From the sequence record PX421306.1: a DNA stretch of 64,000 nucleotides; one strand, written 5' to 3'. Positions 37,386-47,104 of this stretch are shown here, in pieces. The notes under the pieces are model-generated. The model was not told the origin of the DNA, ran no database searches, and worked only from the letters and a program-made list of their open reading frames with translations. The position numbers and the translations under genes were made by a program. Numbering within the stretch: position 1 is the stretch's first letter; every line of letters begins with the position of its first letter. This stretch comes from a phage.

Positions 37386-37703
37386 TTCTTTAAATCTAAT
37401 CAATTTATTCATAGACTTTGAAACTTCTGCACGAACCTCATGTAGGTTTTTGAGCTGTTCAAGACGTTGCTCATAGTAAGCAATTTCATCTTCTTCGAGA
37501 CAGTCCTGTGAATCTTCTTTTAGATAACGCGCATAGTCCTGGAAAGCTTTACGGACTACTTCCTGGAAGTCATCAAGACTTTGAATTTTCTTAGGAGCAA
37601 CAGATACACGACGAGGGGCAGTATAATACTCATAACCAAACCCTGCGCTTAATTGAGCCATTAATATTTTTCCTCTGGTTGGAACACAGCACGACAAGCC
37701 CAC
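37383..37703 (-). CDS. hypothetical protein (vs.3 position)
   Basis: 106-aa ORF. Confidence 0.5.
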   Translation of the reverse strand: MGLSCCVPTRGKILMAQLSAGFGYEYYTAPRRVSVAPKKIQSLDDFQEVVRKAFQDYARYLKEDSQDCLEEDEIAYYEQRLEQLKNLHEVRAEVSKSMNKLIRFKE

Positions 37704-37927
37704 ATACTGGCTTCTTTGAGTTTCGTTTTAGCAATAGTTAACTGATCAAGACTTTCAGCATAATTCTTCGCGAATTCACAGTCTTCACAATTATCTAGTG
37801 CTTCCCAGAATTCATCATATAAAGCATCAAAGATAAGTCCTAAACGAACTTCAGCATCTTTGATAGCATTCACTTTACCGATTTTCTCTTCAGTGTGCGG
37901 CTTATAACCCTTAATATCTTCAATCAT
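37661..37927 (-). CDS. hypothetical protein at the T4 vs.4 position (possible Acb2-type cyclic-nucleotide sponge)
   Basis: 88-aa ORF; assignment by position only. Confidence 0.35.
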   Translation of the reverse strand: MIEDIKGYKPHTEEKIGKVNAIKDAEVRLGLIFDALYDEFWEALDNCEDCEFAKNYAESLDQLTIAKTKLKEASMWACRAVFQPEEKY

Positions 37928-38141
37928 ATTCTACTTCCTCACCAGTACATAAATCATATTCAACTAAACGAATAGGTTCATGAATGCCATATCCCTGAAC
38001 AGAAATTTCTGTCGTAGGATAAATTCCATCAATATCACCCATATTCCATGCTTCATTAAATTGCTGTTCGCCTGAATTACTAAACCACTCGGCGAAAGCA
38101 TTTAGCACATCTTTAGAACCTTCAATAATTATCTTTGCCAT
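37920..38141 (-). CDS. hypothetical protein (vs.5 position)
   Basis: 73-aa ORF. Confidence 0.45.
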   Translation of the reverse strand: MAKIIIEGSKDVLNAFAEWFSNSGEQQFNEAWNMGDIDGIYPTTEISVQGYGIHEPIRLVEYDLCTGEEVEYD

Positions 38142-38515
38142 TACAGACTCTCGGTAAAGGTACGAGCGATAACGTCGCGCTGCTGTTCCGGAGTCAGAGA
38201 GTTAAAGCGAACTGCATAACCGGATACACGGATGGTCAGCTGCGGATATTTTTCTGGATGCTTAACTGCATCTTCCAGAGTTTCACGGCGCAGAACGTTA
38301 ACGTTCAGGTGTTGACCACCTTCAATTTTAACTGTAGGTTGTGTTTCAATTTCAATTTCACGGGCATGCAAACCGTAGAAAATTTCTGGGTCTACAAAAG
38401 AGTCCTCTTTAAAGGTTTTAGAGACAATAATTCGTGCTTGAATACCGTCTTCAAAATAAATAGTACCTTTATGCGTGCCTTCAAGAATTTGATATGCTTT
38501 CATATAACCTCTCAA
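38141..38515 (-). CDS. autonomous glycyl radical cofactor, GrcA/YfiD-like (T4 Y06I homolog)
   Basis: 124 aa; C-terminal half [60 protein letters not shown] essentially identical to recalled E. coli GrcA incl. glycyl radical motif RVSGY. Confidence 0.85.
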   Translation of the reverse strand: MRGYMKAYQILEGTHKGTIYFEDGIQARIIVSKTFKEDSFVDPEIFYGLHAREIEIETQPTVKIEGGQHLNVNVLRRETLEDAVKHPEKYPQLTIRVSGYAVRFNSLTPEQQRDVIARTFTESL

Positions 38516-38892
38516 TTAGAAAATAAATTTATCCAAGACTGTTCTTTAATTAAAAATGGCTCAGAATCATATGCCATTAAACTTTGGGTGATTAGTCCTT
38601 TAAAAGGTCCATCAATAAATTCCATGGTAAAATATGGAATTTTATTCATTAATCTTGCATTAGGAGCAGTGCACAAAACTCTGCATCCTTTGAATACGCC
38701 TTTTTGTAATTTGTATTGCTTAGGATAAAATTCGCTCAAGACGTTATTATTTGCCAAAATTTCAAAATGATTCACCAATTTATTTTTAATAGTTTTTGGC
38801 GAAAAATAAAGATATTCGAAAAGTTGCGTGTCTGTCATCATTGCATTCCGATTATGAAAAACTGTGGACGAGTAATACCACCAATGCAGCAT
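38512..38892 (-). CDS. hypothetical protein
   Basis: 126-aa ORF; true start probably internal (MMTDTQLF). Confidence 0.45.
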   Translation of the reverse strand: MLHWWYYSSTVFHNRNAMMTDTQLFEYLYFSPKTIKNKLVNHFEILANNNVLSEFYPKQYKLQKGVFKGCRVLCTAPNARLMNKIPYFTMEFIDGPFKGLITQSLMAYDSEPFLIKEQSWINLFSN

Positions 38893-39425
38893 TTACTATT
38901 GCAACAGTGGTGCACAGTTTCAATATGAATATCGTAAATTTTATCCATATCAGGAGATTTAACAGGCTCATCGATTATATACAAAATCCGCGAAAGCGAT
39001 AAACCTCTGAACTTGCTTCCTTTATTACCGATAAAACTACGGACAGAATCGGTAAATAAGCGGAATCGAATATCATCGCCAGAATAACGAGAAAATTCTT
39101 TTTTAATGTGGCCCGCAGAAATTTTAGCGTAAGCTGAAGTATTAGAAAGAACAATAACTGTTCCACCGTCATATAACCAATTAGCGGCAAAATTAGTTAC
39201 TGCAGTTGATTTACCGGATTGACGTCCACCATCTAAACGAAGTGTGCAATACTGCTTAAGTAAGTCTTCAAATGGTGGGATATAATCGTTTTTACAAATT
39301 TCTTCTACTCTAGCATCAGAATGGTGTGTAAAAGCATTCATCAGGGATAGATAAGGACCAGTTAAAAATGTTCTCATTTTATTCTCTCTAAATTTGGGCC
39401 ATTCCATGGCGCATGAATTGTCCAT
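38838..39425 (-). CDS. P-loop NTPase-like hypothetical protein
   Basis: 195 aa; Walker A GGRQSGKST and Walker B-like ILYIIDEP. Confidence 0.5.
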   Translation of the reverse strand: MDNSCAMEWPKFRENKMRTFLTGPYLSLMNAFTHHSDARVEEICKNDYIPPFEDLLKQYCTLRLDGGRQSGKSTAVTNFAANWLYDGGTVIVLSNTSAYAKISAGHIKKEFSRYSGDDIRFRLFTDSVRSFIGNKGSKFRGLSLSRILYIIDEPVKSPDMDKIYDIHIETVHHCCNSKCCIGGITRPQFFIIGMQ

Positions 39426-39517
39426 TTCTGTATTTACCCATTACCGCACTTGGGCTCGACCTTATTACAGGTTGGCGGAATCCCTCACAGAATCATGAGG
39501 TCCAGGTTGTTCCCATA

Positions 39518-39991
39518 TTATTTGAATGATTTGACGTACTGAATAGAACCTTTACTATTCACGAAAGCGATTTTACCATTCTTATTATACATGGTAGCAG
39601 TACGCTGATAGCCATAAGTTTGCTTACCGGATTGATAACCAACTAATGCGAAATTATCTTCACCCATTTTATTCTGTTTAGCACGAATACGTTCATGACC
39701 GTGTGCCATAAGAACCTTAGCATCACCAGTTGAAATTGATCTACGAGTTTTTTCATCTTCAACTGTATTAACAAAGTCGTCAAATGAATCAAATTTAGCA
39801 TGGGATTTATTATACAGTTTTCCATCTACTGCATAATTATATCCCTGTACATCCATCTCAACTTCTGTACCATCATCCAATACAGCAGTGATTTTTTGAC
39901 CTTTTTTAAATTTCAAAAGATCAGTAAAAGATTCAGCAATAATTTGAGAATTAATAGCTGCTTCAGTAATAAATTCTTGATATGTTTTCAT
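39518..39991 (-). CDS. capsid-targeted internal protein (IPIII position, divergent)
   Basis: 157 aa; N-terminal capsid targeting sequence MKTYQEFITE with LxE cleavage motif. Confidence 0.65.
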   Translation of the reverse strand: MKTYQEFITEAAINSQIIAESFTDLLKFKKGQKITAVLDDGTEVEMDVQGYNYAVDGKLYNKSHAKFDSFDDFVNTVEDEKTRRSISTGDAKVLMAHGHERIRAKQNKMGEDNFALVGYQSGKQTYGYQRTATMYNKNGKIAFVNSKGSIQYVKSFK

Positions 39992-40005
39992 GTGTATCCT
40001 TTAAT

Positions 40006-40323
40006 TTATTCTTTAGGGAAGTTTTTAGAATATGCATCATAAAGCTTATTTCCAATACGGCGGAAAACTCTAGCCGCAAAACGATTTTCTGGGTTTTTAA
40101 TCATGATTTGCATCATATAAGTACCCGCGTCAGAAAGAGCTTCTTCATAGTACCCATTAATTTCTTTAAGAGTCCTACGTTTACCACCAGGACCATCAAC
40201 AGTAATTTTCCATTTACCTGTAGAAGTGCGGCTCGGTGGCTCAACTTGTTCAATCCAAATATAACCTCCTTCTACACGTTGTCCTTGGGCAGATTCTGCA
40301 ATAAATTCTTTATACGTTTTCAT
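40006..40323 (-). CDS. ipII: internal protein II-like
   Basis: 105 aa; N-terminal MKTYKEFIAE targeting sequence; position adjacent to denV. Confidence 0.65.
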   Translation of the reverse strand: MKTYKEFIAESAQGQRVEGGYIWIEQVEPPSRTSTGKWKITVDGPGGKRRTLKEINGYYEEALSDAGTYMMQIMIKNPENRFAARVFRRIGNKLYDAYSKNFPKE

Positions 40324-40332
40324 ATGTTTCCT

Positions 40333-40749
40333 TTAAATGTAAATATTTTTGCCGTAATACTTGTACCAGTGTGGCTTCATTAAAATTTTTTCATCGAGTC
40401 GTTGTTGACTCAATTTAATAGCTGATTTGCATGGATTATAATCATTTTTCCATTCTGCTGGAATATCACTGATGTCAGGAACTTCAGTATCTTTTATACT
40501 AAACCCACGTTTTAAGCATTCCGTTATAATGTCTGATTGACGCTTTCGCAAAAATTCTAACTTATCGTAAAAGAACGTAACATGACCAGAACCTAAAATA
40601 AACTCGGAAGATATTTTAAAATCTTTAACCCGCTTACCATTTGCCACGTGTTTACGAACTATACCAAAAACACGTGGCAATTCACGGTATTCTGCGATTA
40701 AATGCTGATCAGCAAGTTCAGATACTAAAGTCAAATTAATACGAGTCAT
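40333..40749 (-). CDS. denV: endonuclease V (pyrimidine dimer DNA glycosylase/AP lyase)
   Basis: 138 aa; [17 protein letters not shown]...WYKYYGK matches recalled T4 endo V. Confidence 0.92.
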   Translation of the reverse strand: MTRINLTLVSELADQHLIAEYRELPRVFGIVRKHVANGKRVKDFKISSEFILGSGHVTFFYDKLEFLRKRQSDIITECLKRGFSIKDTEVPDISDIPAEWKNDYNPCKSAIKLSQQRLDEKILMKPHWYKYYGKNIYI

Positions 40750-40769
40750 TTTATCCCTCCAAGTAACTG

Positions 40770-40808
40770 TGAATATACTATCACAATTCTAGGAGAAAGT
40801 AAACCACT

Positions 40809-40810
<2 letters not shown>
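40770..40810 (-). promoter_or_regulatory. T4-type early promoter upstream of denV
   Basis: GTTTAC (40799-40804), 18 nt, TGaTAGTAT (40775-40780). Confidence 0.55.
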
Positions 40811-41339
<529 letters not shown>

Positions 41340-41795
41340 TTAAAAGAGGCTGTTCATTATTCGGTAAAGTGAAGGACCCATCACATATTGCCACTGAGTA
41401 CGAGGAATAAGGGCAAAAGCATCCATCTCTGGAATCATAACACCATCTTTATTTTCAAAATAAGACTCGCAATGGCAATTTCTAAACATCTCATGCTCTA
41501 CTGGAATCGTATAATAAAATAACTGTAAGTCTTTATTACTAGAATATTTAAATACACCTAGGTCTTCTAGAAGGTCTGGACTATAATTGCTAAAACCGGT
41601 CTCTTCTAAACATTCTCTTCGTGCTGCATCTAGTGCGCTTAAATCAGAATTTTCTACGCGCCCCCTTGGAATATCCCAGCGATGTGCCATCATTCCAGGC
41701 TTACGAGAACCAGTAACTCGTCCCATAAATAAATCTTTATCTTCTGTCATAAAGATAATACCAGCTGATAATGTTTTCATTTTAATTTCCTGCAT
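41340..41795 (-). CDS. nudE: Nudix hydrolase NudE
   Basis: 151 aa; Nudix box GRVENSDLSALDAARRECLEETGF. Confidence 0.85.
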   Translation of the reverse strand: MQEIKMKTLSAGIIFMTEDKDLFMGRVTGSRKPGMMAHRWDIPRGRVENSDLSALDAARRECLEETGFSNYSPDLLEDLGVFKYSSNKDLQLFYYTIPVEHEMFRNCHCESYFENKDGVMIPEMDAFALIPRTQWQYVMGPSLYRIMNSLF

Positions 41796-42265
41796 TCGGT
41801 GATAAAATTATTTAAATTTTGAGTATATTTCTTTTCATCAAAAATCTTTTGCTGCCTACGTAACCGCCATGGCATTTCAATGAACACGCACCATATTCCT
41901 GATAGTACTGCTGCTGTAAAAATATTAACAAGTATAATTAAAAGAATCCAATCTTCCGTTCTGCCTACTGGACTTTCTCCAAAGAAGCAAAATACAAATG
42001 ATGTCACAGGAAAACTAATAATATACCACAGAATAACCTTCTTATCTGTGAACCAATCAGCGTTCGTTAACTTAGCGCGACCATTTCGAATACACACGAA
42101 TTTATCATCTGTTACAGTAGATGGCTTAACTGCTTGATATCCCATTCTAAACTCCCTAATCAGCAAATTTTTCATATCTTCGGAACAGCCATTCCAGTCA
42201 ACTCTATCGACTGAAATGCCATCGTCCCCATCATCTAAATCATACCAGCGAGTTTTTAAAATCAT
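41777..42265 (-). CDS. hypothetical membrane protein (paralog family, C-terminal CRK motif)
   Basis: 162 aa; TM helices; C-terminal FITECRKLK. Confidence 0.45.
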   Translation of the reverse strand: MILKTRWYDLDDGDDGISVDRVDWNGCSEDMKNLLIREFRMGYQAVKPSTVTDDKFVCIRNGRAKLTNADWFTDKKVILWYIISFPVTSFVFCFFGESPVGRTEDWILLIILVNIFTAAVLSGIWCVFIEMPWRLRRQQKIFDEKKYTQNLNNFITECRKLK

Positions 42266-42516
42266 TTAATTTTCCTACAATCACTCACAAACTCTTCCAT
42301 TGATTCTTTTTCAATATAAGACATGTAGTTATTATATTCCTTTAATTGTATTTTGTAATCCTTTTTTCTTTGCCAATTTATTTTAAAATTATCATAATGA
42401 AAATATAACATGGTACCAAAGAATGAAAATAATGAAATCGCTATAGTATAACGAAGTTCACTCCAAACCTCTGTTATAATTACTGTGCCGTCGATGTTTA
42501 AAATAATACAGTCCAA
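42262..42516 (-). CDS. hypothetical membrane protein (paralog family)
   Basis: 84 aa; TM helix; C-terminal FVSDCRKIK. Confidence 0.45.
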   Translation of the reverse strand: MDCIILNIDGTVIITEVWSELRYTIAISLFSFFGTMLYFHYDNFKINWQRKKDYKIQLKEYNNYMSYIEKESMEEFVSDCRKIK

Positions 42517-42606
42517 TTAACAATCCAATAAGACTACCAGCAAGAGCTGCAAATACTGACACGGCAAGAATTAATAGTGCCTCAGGAAACGAATATTTGA
42601 CTTTAT

Positions 42607-43020
42607 TTAGTTTTGGCTTTTGCATCGTGATTCCTTAACAAATTTCATAATTTCATTAAATTCATGCATATCAAGTTTAAGCTGGTGTTCCTTTTTAATC
42701 TTTTTACACTGAGCTTTCCATTCGCGTACGCGTTTACGATAATGTCTTCCTTGATACCAGTATCCTACCCAATTTACAGGTACTAATAAAAGTGGAACTA
42801 TTAATGGAAGAATTAGCATTAACACAAGTATTTCGCCAGAATCAATATCAGTCATAACATCTAAAACACCTCCAATAATCAATAGAATTACAAATGATAT
42901 GAGTATAACAGGACCTATTAATACATCAGTAGAAATTAGCTGACGCTTTGGTTCATACTTCACAGGTTTACTTGGAAGGTATAGTGATGGCTTTGACATA
43001 TTCTCTACATTCCTTAACAA
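42607..43020 (-). CDS. hypothetical membrane protein (paralog family)
   Basis: 137 aa; two TM helices; C-terminal FVKESRCK. Confidence 0.45.
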   Translation of the reverse strand: MLRNVENMSKPSLYLPSKPVKYEPKRQLISTDVLIGPVILISFVILLIIGGVLDVMTDIDSGEILVLMLILPLIVPLLLVPVNWVGYWYQGRHYRKRVREWKAQCKKIKKEHQLKLDMHEFNEIMKFVKESRCKSQN

Positions 43021-43573
43021 ATTTTTCTAATAATAAATCGCTTTCAAAATTAGGATTTTCCACGAATTTATCAAAAAGATCATCAACGATAGTTAAGATA
43101 TTCTTTTTACTAAGAATACGCTTATTTTCATATTTTGTTTCAGAGTCAACTATAAGAGTAAAGAAATATTTCTTTCCCTGAAATTTTACCGTAGTATCAA
43201 TATAGAACAAATTTGACTTTTGTAAATTACGTTTAAACCATGCGTCACTTAAACTGTAAACGCCAAGATAATCATAATCGTCATTTAAATAACAAACTGT
43301 CCATTCAGGAGAAATGAAATCAGTAAATTCAACATCAAAATCACACGTCAATGAATGAATTGATTCAATACTTTTAATGAGTATTCCAGGACGTATTAAA
43401 GACTTTTTACCTTTATAAAATCCAGAAAGACTTTCATCAGTTTCATATGAAGACCCCCAATAGTAATTACGTCCTTCTGCCATACGTTTAAGAGCATTTA
43501 GTAATTGGTCTGGAACATCAATCTGTCTTTGGAACTCTTCAAACATTGAATTGAAATCACTTTGCATTTTCAT
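42968..43573 (-). CDS. hypothetical protein
   Basis: 201-aa ORF. Confidence 0.5.
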   Translation of the reverse strand: MKMQSDFNSMFEEFQRQIDVPDQLLNALKRMAEGRNYYWGSSYETDESLSGFYKGKKSLIRPGILIKSIESIHSLTCDFDVEFTDFISPEWTVCYLNDDYDYLGVYSLSDAWFKRNLQKSNLFYIDTTVKFQGKKYFFTLIVDSETKYENKRILSKKNILTIVDDLFDKFVENPNFESDLLLEKFVKECREYVKAITIPSK

Positions 43574-43614
43574 TCCTATTTACTCCAAGTAATAGGGGCC
43601 GAAGCCCCTTATCA

Positions 43615-44208
43615 TTATTTCAGAGAATTAATGTATTCCTGAACATCGGCAGAGGTAGTTTCAACCCCAGAAATATTGCCGTTAAAAGTTTCAACTCGAG
43701 CAAGGGTATCTTCAATATCAACCTTAGTCAGTGCTGCAATTTCAACTACATCATCGGCAGTACTAATTCCAAGGGCATTTGCCGCACGAGTTTCACGGAT
43801 ATATTCCAATTTAACTGCAAGTTCTTGGCGAGCATCATCTAACTCAACTACTTTCTTGGCGATTTCAATTCGCATTTCAGCATAACCGTCAGCTTTAGTA
43901 GTCAACTGCTCAGCTGTTCGACGATATAGCAAACCGAGTTTAGCATGCATTGTTACATCTTGACCTTCGGAAAGAAGTTTACGAATTTCACGCTCTTTTG
44001 ATTCGGCCTGTCGATTCTTTTCGATAACAAGTTCACGAATACGTTTTTCTTCATTAATAGATTTAATAGAAGCAGTTTTTAGATCTTTAATTTTATCAAG
44101 TAATTTTGCTGCTGCAGCAGTATACTGTTCTTCGACAGATAGATTTTTAGCCATAGCAGAACCAAGTTTAGTGCGAATAAACTCAACAATTTTCTTCAGT
44201 GTGTTCAT
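43615..44208 (-). CDS. hypothetical alpha-helical coiled-coil protein (weak PspA/IM30-like pattern)
   Basis: 197 aa, predicted long helices; resemblance to the PspA family is speculative. Confidence 0.45.
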   Translation of the reverse strand: MNTLKKIVEFIRTKLGSAMAKNLSVEEQYTAAAAKLLDKIKDLKTASIKSINEEKRIRELVIEKNRQAESKEREIRKLLSEGQDVTMHAKLGLLYRRTAEQLTTKADGYAEMRIEIAKKVVELDDARQELAVKLEYIRETRAANALGISTADDVVEIAALTKVDIEDTLARVETFNGNISGVETTSADVQEYINSLK

Positions 44209-44244
44209 AGTATTTCCTTAGGTTGATTGAAATTTAAAATCCAT

Positions 44245-44285
44245 GGAAGTATTATATCTTGTTCTCCAAGGGATGTAAACATGTT
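44245..44285 (-). promoter_or_regulatory. T4-type early promoter
   Basis: GTTTAC (44275-44280), 18 nt, gaTATAAT (44251-44256). Confidence 0.55.
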
Positions 44286-44679
44286 ATTTCATTTTTGCGA
44301 GGCAGATTTCATTGGCTTCCCATTGGGCTTGCTTAATAATAGCTTTGGATACAGGAACCTTTTGACCATAAGTTTTTGATGTTGAGAGAACAATATATTT
44401 GTTTGCCTCATTATGCCAACCCCACGATTTTTCACCATGAGTACCTTTAACTACAGCTGACACCTCAACAGAACAACCATCAGCTCCAATCTTGGTATCC
44501 ACAATCCATTCATTTCTCTCGGCAGCTTCATTTTCCGATCTCATTTTTTCTTCATACACGGCGGCCCAATCAGTTTTTGTCAAGCTTAAACTAAGAGCTT
44601 TCTCTAATTCTTTGGCAGCTTTTTGTTGTTCGGGTGTTAATGAATTATATAACTCTCGCATTTCTTTATCTTCACTCAT
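44284..44679 (-). CDS. hypothetical protein
   Basis: 131-aa ORF. Confidence 0.5.
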   Translation of the reverse strand: MSEDKEMRELYNSLTPEQQKAAKELEKALSLSLTKTDWAAVYEEKMRSENEAAERNEWIVDTKIGADGCSVEVSAVVKGTHGEKSWGWHNEANKYIVLSTSKTYGQKVPVSKAIIKQAQWEANEICLAKMK

Positions 44680-44737
44680 AACAGTTTCCTCATATTGGCA
44701 TAATTAGATAATATCACGTTTCCAATAGATTGTAAAC

Positions 44738-45073
44738 TTATTCTTCGTCTAGTTCATCGATAAAGGCGTCGATGGCCTCGACAACGGCATCATTGATAGC
44801 CAATAAAATAAAATCATCGTCAGTACCTTTAGAAGATTCTAAAGCATTGATATATGCTTGGTTGGCGAGTTCCCAAGCCTTTTTAAAATAAGGAGCTTCA
44901 TCATCAGGACAAATATCCCGCACACCTTCAAAGATACGATTGGCATAATCTAACACCCATTGTACAGGCATGTTTTGAGAACGTTCATTAAACTCTTTAA
45001 AGTCCTTAGATTCAAAAAGCTCTTCAGGATAATCATTTCTATTACAAAAATCTTTGCTAAAGTTACGTTTCAT
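44738..45073 (-). CDS. hypothetical acidic protein
   Basis: 111-aa ORF. Confidence 0.5.
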   Translation of the reverse strand: MKRNFSKDFCNRNDYPEELFESKDFKEFNERSQNMPVQWVLDYANRIFEGVRDICPDDEAPYFKKAWELANQAYINALESSKGTDDDFILLAINDAVVEAIDAFIDELDEE

Positions 45074-45351
45074 ATTGTTTTCCTTTGTGATGATAAGTCT
45101 ATAGTAACGCCTTCATACTTAGATGTAAACTATTTTAACGTCGCCTTTTGCTGCTTTATAACCTTCAGCCCAAGATATAACCGACTTCTTATCTGAAGAT
45201 TCAAAGTCAGGCATTGGACTTTCATCAATGTTCACACAGTATGTTTCTTCATTTTCGTCAAACCAAATAGTTAAAGTAGTCATTTATTTCTCCGCTTCTG
45301 TGATTGTTTTGATAAATCTATAATAACACCATCCTTGGTGTTTGTACACAT

Positions 45352-45615
45352 TTATTTCATATTATTGAAATATTCTTCTGCGATTTCGTCGTTATCATGA
45401 TAAACTTTAGAAGACAGTTTAACATAACCTTCTGCTGTGAACATGTTAATCACAACCTTTACAGTATACCACTGACCGTCTTCATTACCCATTACTGCGT
45501 AAGTTTCAAACATCGGATGATCAGGACCGATAACTTTAATATCATTCACTGTACGACCGAAATCTTCTGAAACGCATTTCATAAAGAAGTTGAACAGTTC
45601 GCCGTAATTATCCAT
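45352..45615 (-). CDS. hypothetical protein
   Basis: Start trimmed to MDNYGELF with GGAG RBS; track extension covers the promoter leader. Confidence 0.5.
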   Translation of the reverse strand: MDNYGELFNFFMKCVSEDFGRTVNDIKVIGPDHPMFETYAVMGNEDGQWYTVKVVINMFTAEGYVKLSSKVYHDNDEIAEEYFNNMK

Positions 45616-45654
45616 TTCATTCTCCAAGTTGTTTTTCTGTATCAGTAGTTGATA

Positions 45655-45695
45655 GTTGTATAGTACCATGGAAGAACAGGGATGTAAACAGTTTT
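45655..45695 (-). promoter_or_regulatory. T4-type early promoter with conserved leader cassette
   Basis: GTTTAC (45684-45689), 18 nt, TGgTACTATAC; same cassette family as 2805-2868 and 29258-29318. Confidence 0.6.
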
Positions 45696-45822
45696 GTGAA
45701 AAATTTTTTAAAAAGTTTTAGGGAATTCTAGGGAAGGGAGGGGCAATTAAAAGGTAGGATAATATATTATAAAGGGTATAAACTAAATGATGCCTAGAGA
45801 GATCCAGAAAGGCCTAGATGCC

Positions 45823-45847
45823 AAAAAGCCCTATCATTTAGATAGGG
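45823..45847 (-). terminator. intrinsic terminator
   Basis: CCCUAUC-UAAAU-GAUAGGG then CUUUUU on the minus transcript, after the stop at 45856. Confidence 0.6.
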
Positions 45848-45855
45848 ATTTAAAA

Positions 45856-46419
45856 TTATTTATCTAGTTTAGTTATTATAGCTTCTGCGGCAGCTTTTAG
45901 CTTAGATGCGGTGTTAATACGATTTTTAATTTCAGTATACGCATCGCCAAGAACATCAAGGCTATCAGAATAAACACTTACGCTATTGCGTTCGCTATTT
46001 GAAATAGAACCTTTAGTTTTACGATCAAAATCGGTGTACACGTCTTGAAGATCACGGGCTGCCTTCTTTGCATCATCCAATGCATCAAGAGCTTTATTCA
46101 AAGCATTAACGTATTTTTTAGTGTCGAACATATTCTTAGAAATTTTAACAGGTGCGCGTTCAGGAGTAGCTAATGCAGATTTAGGAACCTGAGCGCCAGA
46201 TGCCAATTTCTTAGAAATTTTGAAAAACGCTTTATTGAATTTATTTTCTTGACTCATCGTAAAAGAACTATTATCGATGTTGTACATTTCAATAGCTTTA
46301 GCTTTCCACTTAAGAAAATCGCCGCGGTCTTTTGGGTCCAAGTGGAAGAATACTTTAGTAAGATCTGCTTCAGATGGTAATTTTGCTGCTTCGGTTAAAA
46401 ATTCGGCATAGGTTTTCAT
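45856..46419 (-). CDS. capsid-targeted internal-protein-like protein (extra IP)
   Basis: 187 aa; N-terminal MKTYAEFLTE targeting sequence with LxE motif; Lys-rich. Confidence 0.6.
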   Translation of the reverse strand: MKTYAEFLTEAAKLPSEADLTKVFFHLDPKDRGDFLKWKAKAIEMYNIDNSSFTMSQENKFNKAFFKISKKLASGAQVPKSALATPERAPVKISKNMFDTKKYVNALNKALDALDDAKKAARDLQDVYTDFDRKTKGSISNSERNSVSVYSDSLDVLGDAYTEIKNRINTASKLKAAAEAIITKLDK

Positions 46420-46510
46420 TTAAAATCCTTGAAATAATCTATCGGTTGGTTATTAATTATTTATTACTTTGTTATTATCCGTAACAGCATTCTCTATGTG
46501 ATTCAAACTA

Positions 46511-46534
46511 AAAACCCCAACCTTTCGGTCGGGG
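46511..46534 (-). terminator. intrinsic terminator (duplicate of 47077-47102)
   Basis: CCCCGACC-GAAA-GGUUGGGG then U-run on the minus transcript. Confidence 0.6.
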
Positions 46535-46543
46535 CTAAGAATG

Positions 46544-47017
46544 TTATTTGATTTGTTTAGCAGACCAAATGCGGTCTTTGATGATTTTTTGGATGTCTTC
46601 AACATACTCTAGGTCATGAGCATGTGGGTTATCTTTGAAACTATAAGCACGAGCTAGTTTTTGGCCTTCAGTTTTGATTACTAAAAGCTCTTTAAGGATA
46701 GCTTCATATTTAGCGATAATTCCTTTAACAATATTTTTTTCTTGTGCAGCTTTAGGATCTGCTTTAGGAGCAGGTTTACCCGAAGCCTTTGCAAAAGCAG
46801 CACCAGTAGCAACTAAACTTTTCCAGGCCATACTAACCGCATTTCCTGTAAATCCTTCTGCTTTCATGTCGCGAGCAAACTGGAATCGTGATTCGTCAGA
46901 AGCATCTTTATAGGAATATTTACCCGCTGCAATGGCTGCTTTTGCGACAGCTTGAATTTCGGTGCTAGATGCTTCATTTAACACCGCTTCATTTAAAAAT
47001 TGAGCATATGATTTCAT
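46544..47017 (-). CDS. capsid-targeted internal-protein-like protein (extra IP)
   Basis: 157 aa; N-terminal MKSYAQFLNE targeting-like sequence; Ala/Lys-rich. Confidence 0.55.
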   Translation of the reverse strand: MKSYAQFLNEAVLNEASSTEIQAVAKAAIAAGKYSYKDASDESRFQFARDMKAEGFTGNAVSMAWKSLVATGAAFAKASGKPAPKADPKAAQEKNIVKGIIAKYEAILKELLVIKTEGQKLARAYSFKDNPHAHDLEYVEDIQKIIKDRIWSAKQIK

Positions 47018-47056
47018 CTTATTTCCTGTTTTAATTCGTGATTTAATATACTACTA

Positions 47057-47064
47057 TATTTATA
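47057..47064 (-). promoter_or_regulatory. late promoter TATAAATA
   Basis: Exact TATAAATA on the minus strand 39 nt upstream of the 46544-47017 start. Confidence 0.5.
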
Positions 47065-47076
47065 CTAAAAAGCCCC

Positions 47077-47102
47077 AACCTTTCGGTCGGGGCTAAGCCT
47101 TG
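47077..47102 (-). terminator. intrinsic terminator
   Basis: AGCCCCGACC-GAAA-GGUUGGGGCU then U5. Confidence 0.6.
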
Positions 47103-47104
47103 CG

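Noticed and set aside
43676-43885. Plus-strand ORF rich in Ser/Ala (43676-43885) and similar 46674-46913
   Set aside because: Antisense translations of the coiled-coil protein gene and the Ala/Lys-rich IP-like gene; composition is an antisense artefact
43615-44208. Calling 43615-44208 a PspA/IM30 (phage shock protein A) homolog
   Set aside because: Only a loose pattern resemblance in a generic coiled-coil protein; kept as hypothetical and flagged only in the feature call as speculative
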